A stretch of DNA of 64,000 nucleotides from a virus: positions 32,001 to 96,000 of IMG/VR virus record IMGVR_UViG_3300029319_000006; one strand, 5' to 3'. A program made the translations under genes and the position numbers. Positions 39,801-46,680 of the stretch are shown here, piece by piece (position 1 is the first letter of the stretch; each line of letters starts with the position of its first letter). Under the pieces are notes generated by a model. It made no database searches and was not told the DNA's origin. It saw nothing but the letters and a program-made list of their open reading frames with translations.

Positions 39801-40148
39801 TTTTATACTTGCTGGACGAGGAAATGCTTGACTATCAGCTTGAAAATCTGCACTATCAAATGTAATAGCGTGTTTTAAGTTGTCTTTTAATACTTGTCCT
39901 GCAGGATAAAAACCAAATTTTTGCCTATCAGAATCCCATCTTATTAAGTAAGAATAATTTCCTGGAGCAAACGCTTGACCTGATGCAATAGAATCAGATC
40001 CAGCTTTTGCAAAAAGCATTGCTCCATCTACATCATCTAAACCAGTTAAATTTCCATTAGAAACTTGACCAACACCGACAGGCCTTCCAATAGTAACTTT
40101 TTTTATAATAGTATTTTTCTTAATACTAGCATTAGCATTAGTTGCCAT
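36843..40148 (-). CDS. Large fibre-like structural protein with cupredoxin-like domain
   Basis: Three GGDG..Y...G..TY.GP modules, HPL...YYCTTHGNAMG. Confidence 0.75.
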   Translation of the reverse strand: MATNANASIKKNTIIKKVTIGRPVGVGQVSNGNLTGLDDVDGAMLFAKAGSDSIASGQAFAPGNYSYLIRWDSDRQKFGFYPAGQVLKDNLKHAITFDSADFQADSQAFPRPASIKLPIQAITPGTFGSGTQIPLITVNSKGIVTGASNVLANTVDSFGYEPSLGRLDLKLSTGTILSAFPTLDAYTTDSLAEGSTNLYFSNARAIAAVKPAFSANDAGGDGSFSYDSVNAIFTYTGPSADETRKHFSASNSLLYDSTTGNFKNPQPLDSASNPVFNQVTLTGALRGPAELIIDPAAYNANTGSVKILGNLQVQGTTTQINSTTVNLQDKNIVLADSAVDSAASNDGGLTLGGSGASLIYSHSDAAWVFNRPLRRDINLLSFHSTSDVSEGTNLYYLSTRADSDAKNAISVTDNGGDGALNYNATTGVITYDGPTALEVRSHFSTTSPVTKDSNGVFGIDSSQLSLYFIDKDLAAGRNGKIIRNSSVNIKGNQFILDADSDTIMEVSSDDEVKFTIGGKESLKVKGGNQFSDFTNMELISDEASGIASPSFDLYRTSVSPLPGDTLGRINFYGKDDSGNSQLYSSINGSIITTTNGSEEGSIELNVNKSGAFSGSTTFVVTVISSGGNKFVLDGVTNPVITLKRGVTYTFDQSAGTNGTHPLAFKDGSGNPYTTGVTVNGVAGNPGASVVFAVPLNAPDSLLYYCTTHGNAMGNSISVEDEGIHLNTVFHDNRIVFHRDQYLEWNNNKNSIHECILDWDSPTAARTIKLPDATGTILVGSLGNNPRSYFSAGGDLSYDSSLGRFSFDVETIYTKANFDSDFNDALDETTLNGTGLSFDSASNTLSITNTGVVAGHYGSGTKIPRIKINAQGQIDSASLIDVAGISNISFDSATGVFAINTADGGNFTTTLFDSDYTKKRSREAFSLIDAGGDGSMTYDSASGKFTYTGPSAAEVKAHFSGGNGITLTAGGRIDIDSSASPTVNSLVNTLGSISSTPTLVQATSGSGVIVDTTPHNSDFMSIEYTVHMSEDVIDASQVSKVLVTYNKSTVSFAEYGMVSSFENDSDIGTLSADVSGANIRLQFTRAAGMGTVNIKPVKQIIS

Positions 40149-40162
40149 GCTCTCTCCTTAAA

Positions 40163-40510
40163 TCATCTTGTAACCGACGGGTTAACTATTATTTGACCTT
40201 CTAAAACTCTTTCAATAATATTATTACCATTACTATCTTGATTTGTAATTTCAACATCATAAACATATCTACTAGCTGTAAAAGAAGATGTTTGTTGATT
40301 AGTAAGTGTTAAGTTCAATATACCTGATGATCTTGGTGCTTGAAACATAACAGAAAAAGAAGTTGCAGAATCATTACTATGTGTTCTTCTAATTTTAGAC
40401 GCTGCAGTAAATCCTGTTAAATCTTTTACTGAACCATTTTGATTTGCTAATTCTAATTTTAGAGTGACATCAGAGCCTTGATCTATTGAAATATCTTCAT
40501 ACTGCGCCAT
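40163..40510 (-). CDS. Ig-like adaptor protein of fibre module
   Basis: IDQGSD, DLTGFTA...IR, L.LT..QT, RYVYDVEI, R.LEG.I.V.P.VTR. Confidence 0.65.
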   Translation of the reverse strand: MAQYEDISIDQGSDVTLKLELANQNGSVKDLTGFTAASKIRRTHSNDSATSFSVMFQAPRSSGILNLTLTNQQTSSFTASRYVYDVEITNQDSNGNNIIERVLEGQIIVNPSVTR

Positions 40511-40545
40511 TTTTAAAAAACTCTTAGTTTAGTTACTTTTTCCAT

Positions 40546-40553
40546 TATTTATA
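40546..40553 (-). promoter_or_regulatory. T4-type late promoter TATAAATA
   Basis: Exact motif upstream of 40510. Confidence 0.75.
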
Positions 40554-41226
40554 AGAAATATTTTTCTAATCCTTGATACATGTAAGATTGTTCCTGACAA
40601 ATTAAACAAAGAGTTTTTCTAGGATCATGTGCCAAATGATTTTTCACATACTTGTAGGGTGTTGCATCATTTTTCCATCTGAAATAATAATCATAATCAA
40701 ACTTTAAGTATTTACAAATTGATAAATGATTGTAAGAAAGATATCTATCCAAACCACTATATTTTATCATATAGTAATCTTTATTATCAATAAAGTTTTG
40801 AAATACATGTGTCAAGGTTTTTGGATACATTCCAATAACAGAAGTGTTTATTTTTGCATCAAACTCCCATAAAATATCCTGATGATGTTGAAGATCAGGA
40901 TTAATAGTAAGAATTTTGTTTGGTTGAATTCTTTTCAATATAGAATCTATAGAATTTTGTATTACAATGTCTAAATCAAAATATAAGGTTGGAGAATTCC
41001 AAGGTAAGTTAAACAGTTGAATCTTCCACCAAAAAGATTCTAAGTCTAAACTTAAATCCAACGGAATTGGTCTTAGTTTCCAATCTAACAAATTATCATC
41101 TGTTAAGCAATAAAAAGAAAATGGTAGGGAACAATTTTTCTCTACCATTTTATAAAGTCGATCTACTCGATCTGAAGTATACTTTGTACCGTATTTAATG
41201 CATACTATATTATAATGGGTTTTCAA
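40549..41226 (-). CDS. GT-A fold glycosyltransferase
   Basis: VCIKYGTKY, FYCLTD, WWK..LF, DxD motif LYFDLDIVI, INTSV. Confidence 0.8.
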   Translation of the reverse strand: MKTHYNIVCIKYGTKYTSDRVDRLYKMVEKNCSLPFSFYCLTDDNLLDWKLRPIPLDLSLDLESFWWKIQLFNLPWNSPTLYFDLDIVIQNSIDSILKRIQPNKILTINPDLQHHQDILWEFDAKINTSVIGMYPKTLTHVFQNFIDNKDYYMIKYSGLDRYLSYNHLSICKYLKFDYDYYFRWKNDATPYKYVKNHLAHDPRKTLCLICQEQSYMYQGLEKYFL

Positions 41227-41896
41227 GATCTTCTATGACCTCCTCCCAAAAATTATCTGCATCTTTAAATACGTATGCTACAGTTATTCTATAACAATTT
41301 GTATAAGCTGCATGATAACAAATTTTTTCTGGTTCCATATAGCTACCAAAATAAGTCATTTTACAATTCCAACCTTTTTGATCCTGTACACGAACTCTTT
41401 CTTTTTTATCTAAATCCCAATAATCAAACCAACCATCTCCTGTTTCAGACCAAGAACAAATAATGTTGTACCCAGGAGCATTAGCATTATTGTGCCAGGA
41501 AATAAATCCTCCAGGTGGATATGCAGCATTCAAAGCATTGTTGTTTGCAGATATAAAAGAAATAAGTTTAGTATTTAAATCTTTAGATGCATTACATATA
41601 TCTTCATGTGCTCTTTTATTCATAGGAAGTTTTTCTTGATCTTGCCATTTAAGTCCTGTATATCCTCTAAGAACTGCAGGAAAACCATCGTGAGCTCTAC
41701 CTTCACGCATAATTTTATTCATATAATCATCAGACACCCAATCTTCTTGTTTTTGTTCAAAATTACTTATTTGTGCTTTATTAGCAATAGCTGGTTTTCC
41801 ATTATCTTGAATAGTCATTAATTTATCTTTATATTCATCCAATATATCAATAAATTCTTGATTATTTAATTTTATATCTCTCACTGGTGTCATCAT
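41210..41896 (-). CDS. 2OG-Fe(II) oxygenase-like protein
   Basis: YPPGGFISWHNN ... YHAA...C.R.T; HxN...H...R pattern. Confidence 0.6.
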   Translation of the reverse strand: MMTPVRDIKLNNQEFIDILDEYKDKLMTIQDNGKPAIANKAQISNFEQKQEDWVSDDYMNKIMREGRAHDGFPAVLRGYTGLKWQDQEKLPMNKRAHEDICNASKDLNTKLISFISANNNALNAAYPPGGFISWHNNANAPGYNIICSWSETGDGWFDYWDLDKKERVRVQDQKGWNCKMTYFGSYMEPEKICYHAAYTNCYRITVAYVFKDADNFWEEVIEDLENPL

Positions 41897-41897
41897 T

Positions 41898-42704
41898 TTA
41901 CAAAATTCCTTTCTCGCTATACTTATCCATTCCAGAAGAATAATGATGTATTATAGGATGTTTAGAAGCATAAACATTTGGTTGAGTCCAGGGTAATCCA
42001 AAAGAACTATAATAATTCCATCTATAATTTTCTTCAAAAAATTTCCATTTGAGTTCTTTATATTTTGGTGAATGCCACAACAACCACCATAAAGTAAGTT
42101 GATCCCAAATCCAAAAACTTTTAGGAACTTCTTGTATCTCTATTGGTAATTCTATTGCAGCTCTTTGTTTTAAATATACATTATACCAATCCATCATAAA
42201 TTGTTTTACTAATGGATTAGTATTATTATATAAACAAACTCCTCCACAATGAGTAAGATGTTGAGGATTAGAACCAGTATATCCATTATCTAATGTATTT
42301 TCCCCCCATGACCATTCAGCAAAATGTCTAGCACCCTCTTTAGTAAGATTAACAAATCTCATATCATAGTTTTGTATTTGATCAAAAACTGTACATATAT
42401 CTTCATGGACTACTTCCATATCCACATCTAAGTACATAGTAATATCATATGGAGAATTTGCCATACCCCACATTTTTTCTCTGTTAGTACTTCCAGGTGT
42501 TGGTAAAATTTTATCGTAAGGAGTAAATAAAGTTTTTAAATTTTCATCTTCTAAAAAAAGTTTTTCTGTAAACAGAGTAATTTTAGCATCTGGCATATAA
42601 TCTAAAATAGTTTCTGCTAAAAAATATCCAGCTTTTAAAAAACTTTCAAATTTTGTAGCTACAAATACAAATCCTTTACTTAGATTCTTCTGATTGTTCA
42701 CCAT
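41898..42704 (-). CDS. GT-A fold glycosyltransferase (GT8-like)
   Basis: GFVFVA, SPYD.T.YLDVD, GGV..Y, WDQ..LW, RWN, IIHHY. Confidence 0.78.
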   Translation of the reverse strand: MVNNQKNLSKGFVFVATKFESFLKAGYFLAETILDYMPDAKITLFTEKLFLEDENLKTLFTPYDKILPTPGSTNREKMWGMANSPYDITMYLDVDMEVVHEDICTVFDQIQNYDMRFVNLTKEGARHFAEWSWGENTLDNGYTGSNPQHLTHCGGVCLYNNTNPLVKQFMMDWYNVYLKQRAAIELPIEIQEVPKSFWIWDQLTLWWLLWHSPKYKELKWKFFEENYRWNYYSSFGLPWTQPNVYASKHPIIHHYSSGMDKYSEKGIL

Positions 42705-43134
42705 TCATATTTTCCATTAATAATATAGTTGCATAAGCATTCAATTCAATAGTGTTTTTTGCTTTTCTTATTTTACTTTTTAATTTTCTATTATCAGATG
42801 CTTTTATTTCAGGTATCTCAAAAGCTGCTAATTTGTAATTAAAAAGTTCTTCAAGACGTTTAGTTTCCATAAGCTCTTTGTCTTTTTTTATTTTAGCTTC
42901 ACGTTGTTGCTTATGCCTTTTTAATCTTTCTTCTGTAAAAGCATCAATCTGTGATAATGAATTTTGTTTTAAGATTTCTTCATAATCAGTAGATATAACA
43001 CCTTTTTCATCATATTTGGAAACTTTTGCAACGCTAGTAGAAAACGATCCATCATCATGTGTAATATTAAGACGGACTGTCAATCTATCTTTCGCTGCAT
43101 TTTCCCAAAATGGATGTTTCCATTCTTTCTTCAT
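42676..43134 (-). CDS. Hypothetical protein
   Basis: 152 aa, AGGAG RBS, lies between Tyr-repeat gene and glycosyltransferase. Confidence 0.7.
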   Translation of the reverse strand: MKKEWKHPFWENAAKDRLTVRLNITHDDGSFSTSVAKVSKYDEKGVISTDYEEILKQNSLSQIDAFTEERLKRHKQQREAKIKKDKELMETKRLEELFNYKLAAFEIPEIKASDNRKLKSKIRKAKNTIELNAYATILLMENMNGEQSEESK

Positions 43135-43143
43135 TTTTATCTC

Positions 43144-46101
43144 CTATGATATTCTAACGTATAATGTATAAGTTTCTTCAGTTCCACTAGATGCTTGTAT
43201 TGTAGTTCCTTCAAAGTCGGTAAGATATTCTTGTATATATCCTGTTTGATAATCTTGCTCGTAATAAGCAAGAAAGTTAGCTCCATCAAAAAATCCTTCA
43301 AAATCTCCAGCATATAGTTGTACATATGTAGCAACATACTGTTGTGTCTCTCCAACAGTTTCATAAACTGTTTCAAATGTTCCCGTATAATCTCCAGCTA
43401 TTGTACTTATATATCCTGTTTCATAAGGTACAGATTCAAATGTTCCTACATAAGTGCCTGTATAAAGTTTCGTATAATTAGCTTGAAAATAATTGACAAA
43501 ACTTCTTGTATACTGACTAGTGTAATTACGTACATAAGGTGGTCCTATATCTCTAACATAAGCTGGTCCTACTCCTAAATACATCAGACCAGCTGGTTGA
43601 TTCTGAGTATATACTCTTAAATAACCAAAACCAAAATAAGGACTACCAGATCCTGGAGCATACTGACCTCCAGTGAATCCTATAGCACCTTGATATTCAT
43701 TTTGATAGTAAACTAAAGGACCAAAACCAGTAGTAAAATAATTACCTGCATCTTCATTAGTATATGCTACGTTTCCAGTACCAGTAAAACTCTGTGTAGG
43801 AAGTCCAGCGTAAGGTTGAAGATTACTAACATAATCGACTGTTCGTATACCTAAAAATATTCTTACAAAAAATGATGAAAAATTTCTTGCACTTCCACTA
43901 TAAAATACTCTTCTACTTACTCCAAGATACGGGAACCCCACTACATATGAAACAACATTTCTATGATATATAGCATCAAAGACAGGCAAACCACCACCTG
44001 TGGCCCCACTTTGAGTTCCAAAAGCACCAGCTAGATCTGTTCCTGATACATAATAAAGTGGCATAATTACAGTTTGACCAGGTAAAGTTGTGTCGCCATC
44101 ATCAAGAAAATGTCTAACTGGATATCCAGTTCCACTAAGATAATTTGGAGATCCAGGACCACCAGGAAAAAATCTACGTGTATAAATTTCAGGACCTTGT
44201 ACATAAACAGGACCCATAGTTATTTGGCGAACATAGAAAGTAGAAACATTTCTAACGTAATAATTAGTACCTAAATAAAATTCTCTTGTATAAGTAGTTT
44301 CATAATTTGGATAATAATCAGGAAAAATATTAGCTCTTGAATAGTAACTTACATAAAAGAACTCTCCAGTAACAAAATATATCATATTGGCTGCACGAAC
44401 ATAATAACTAGAAGCTCCTGTATAAATATTTCCAAAATTACCTGGAGGTCCTGTTACATAATCTCCAGTTTCAGTAGTTCCATCACCAGGTCCAAGATAT
44501 GCTGAAAATCCAGTATATTGCTGGCCCTGATAATAAGCAACAAAATATGCTGTAAAAGGACGTAAAAAAGAACCAGTATAATTTCTTGCATAATTTCTTT
44601 GATATGATTCTTCCACATCTCTTTCATATGTTCCTGTATATGCTCTTGTATAAGCAGGACCGTCTTGAATACCTCCATAAACTTCTTCAAAAGTTCCTGT
44701 ATAAGCAGCTAGATAATCTTTTTGATATAGTGTATCATATGCTTTTAAGTATCCAGTTTCTCCTGGAATATCTGATTCATCACCACCTTCATATACTCTT
44801 GTATATGTTGCTGTATATTGGTTTGTATATCCTCTAACATAATTAATATTAAATGTGTTAGCAAAAGCTGCTACATATGCAACATCAGTTGTAGTTTTCT
44901 TTGTATCGGTAGCAGAACCTTTTGAAACCCATGTACCGGGATCTGTAGGAGCTCCATCTCCAGAAGTCCTTAGTTGATAAGTTCCAATTTTGCTATCTTG
45001 TATTCTTTTCTGAAATAATTTTCTAAAAGTTCTAGTTGATGCAGAATCCAAATCTCTTATACTAAAAAATTCAGAAGCAGCAGCTTCAGATCTATCTTGA
45101 ACAGTAATGGTGTTTCCCATTCCTTCACCATGAATATAACAAAAGTATCTTAAGCCAGAATCTGGAGCTGATGCATCTATTGTTATTTTTACATATCTTC
45201 TTAACTTACCGTTAGATGTTCCTCCTGAACTACGACCAGCATTAAAAGTTGTTGTATTGATATAATCAGAAGCTGAAACAACAGAACCATTTAAGTAATA
45301 TACAACTCCTGTTTGATAAGCTGATCCTCCATTTTTAAAAACTAGAGGGTGATCATCATTAGTAGAATCAGTCTGATCAAAAGTATAAGTGTTAAGTCTT
45401 TGAGCTGTTAAAGAAGGATTTTGAGCTCCATTAAGATAGTAATAATTTCCACTACCTGGATTTGCTACTGTAACATTAAAATTTATCGAATAAGATTTAT
45501 TAATATAAAGAGGAGCAGCAGAAGTTTGAAAAAATGAACTAGCATTACCAGTTCTTTGCCACACTTTATAATTTACAGTTGTACCATCTGTTTGAGTATC
45601 TGTAAATACAGTTCCTCTATCAGTATATCCTACTCCAGGAGATGCTTCAGAAAGTTTATAAGTTCCTAAACCATCATTAGTAAATGTATAAGTTAATGCT
45701 TTATCAATATTAGCATTGAGATCTGATTCTGGTACTTGTTTAAATCCAGTTTGTCCACCTCCATCAACCCACATTAATGGTCTGTATAAAGATAAATCTG
45801 AATCTTCCATAGCATAAGAAGAATCATATCTTTGATAAAGTCTGTAAGTGGTAGAGCCAGAGGTTATGCTTGTTCCAGGAGCTGTACCAACTGGTTCATT
45901 AAAAAATGTATCGGTAAATGTACCAACATCATTATATTTTCTACTACCAATTCTTTTAGTAGTAAGACGACCAACTTCATTAGAATCAGCTAAGCCAACG
46001 TATTCTAATAAATTAAAATATCCAAAATATTTACCGACTTCGGTATCGGTCATTTCTTTGATGCTTGTACCGCTACCGTCTCTTCTAAGTAAATTGCCCA
46101 T
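43144..46101 (-). CDS. Large Tyr-repeat virion/fibre protein with cupredoxin-like domain
   Basis: 985 aa; C-terminal ~560 aa with [Y/F]xxx periodicity; HPL...YFCYIHGEGMG; late promoter upstream. Confidence 0.75.
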   Translation of the reverse strand: MGNLLRRDGSGTSIKEMTDTEVGKYFGYFNLLEYVGLADSNEVGRLTTKRIGSRKYNDVGTFTDTFFNEPVGTAPGTSITSGSTTYRLYQRYDSSYAMEDSDLSLYRPLMWVDGGGQTGFKQVPESDLNANIDKALTYTFTNDGLGTYKLSEASPGVGYTDRGTVFTDTQTDGTTVNYKVWQRTGNASSFFQTSAAPLYINKSYSINFNVTVANPGSGNYYYLNGAQNPSLTAQRLNTYTFDQTDSTNDDHPLVFKNGGSAYQTGVVYYLNGSVVSASDYINTTTFNAGRSSGGTSNGKLRRYVKITIDASAPDSGLRYFCYIHGEGMGNTITVQDRSEAAASEFFSIRDLDSASTRTFRKLFQKRIQDSKIGTYQLRTSGDGAPTDPGTWVSKGSATDTKKTTTDVAYVAAFANTFNINYVRGYTNQYTATYTRVYEGGDESDIPGETGYLKAYDTLYQKDYLAAYTGTFEEVYGGIQDGPAYTRAYTGTYERDVEESYQRNYARNYTGSFLRPFTAYFVAYYQGQQYTGFSAYLGPGDGTTETGDYVTGPPGNFGNIYTGASSYYVRAANMIYFVTGEFFYVSYYSRANIFPDYYPNYETTYTREFYLGTNYYVRNVSTFYVRQITMGPVYVQGPEIYTRRFFPGGPGSPNYLSGTGYPVRHFLDDGDTTLPGQTVIMPLYYVSGTDLAGAFGTQSGATGGGLPVFDAIYHRNVVSYVVGFPYLGVSRRVFYSGSARNFSSFFVRIFLGIRTVDYVSNLQPYAGLPTQSFTGTGNVAYTNEDAGNYFTTGFGPLVYYQNEYQGAIGFTGGQYAPGSGSPYFGFGYLRVYTQNQPAGLMYLGVGPAYVRDIGPPYVRNYTSQYTRSFVNYFQANYTKLYTGTYVGTFESVPYETGYISTIAGDYTGTFETVYETVGETQQYVATYVQLYAGDFEGFFDGANFLAYYEQDYQTGYIQEYLTDFEGTTIQASSGTEETYTLYVRIS

Positions 46102-46106
46102 ACTTT

Positions 46107-46134
46107 ATTATACTCTAATTTTATAAATTGTCAA
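46107..46134 (-). promoter_or_regulatory. Consensus sigma70 promoter, predicted leaderless transcript
   Basis: TTGACA-16bp-TATAAT ending 6 nt before the ATG at 46101. Confidence 0.5.
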
Positions 46135-46137
46135 GTG

Positions 46138-46145
46138 TATTTATA
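46138..46145 (-). promoter_or_regulatory. T4-type late promoter TATAAATA
   Basis: Exact motif upstream of 46101. Confidence 0.75.
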
Positions 46146-46148
46146 AAG

Positions 46149-46667
46149 TTATTTTGGTGGCTGAGGCCAAACCACTTTATCTGGATCTTTTAAGTTATCC
46201 ATCATTTCTCTTAATGCTTTTCTATATTTTCTCCAAGGCATTACATCTTCTTCATTATCTAATCCTTTACTAATTTCAAGATCTGCTTGTGATAATAAAC
46301 TATTTCTTTGATCTCTTATTCCACCTAGCTTAATCATTTTAATATTTTCTAGATAATCCTTATCTTGTTGAGCTTTTGTTTTTAATATAGAGCCATCTGG
46401 ATGTTTAGTAGTAGAATGTCTATTAACTTCTTTATAAGTCACATACCATGTTTTATCTTCTCTTTGTTTTGCTTGATCAATCTTTACTATTTTTAAATCA
46501 GAAGAAGGTAAAGGTCTAGTACCAGTATCAATCACTTCATAACCTAAATTTTTTAAAAAATCTGGTTTTACAGGCCCAGGAGGAAAACTAGTGTTAGGAT
46601 TAGCTCTTTTTATTTCTCCAAGATTAGAAAATATTTTTTGTGTTTCTACATGTATCCAATTTTGCAT
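46149..46667 (-). CDS. Tail fibre assembly chaperone-like protein
   Basis: NPNTSFP, R.QRN.LL...D, W.KYR.ALR, WP..P C-terminus. Confidence 0.75.
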   Translation of the reverse strand: MQNWIHVETQKIFSNLGEIKRANPNTSFPPGPVKPDFLKNLGYEVIDTGTRPLPSSDLKIVKIDQAKQREDKTWYVTYKEVNRHSTTKHPDGSILKTKAQQDKDYLENIKMIKLGGIRDQRNSLLSQADLEISKGLDNEEDVMPWRKYRKALREMMDNLKDPDKVVWPQPPK

Positions 46668-46680
46668 TATTTCTCCTATC

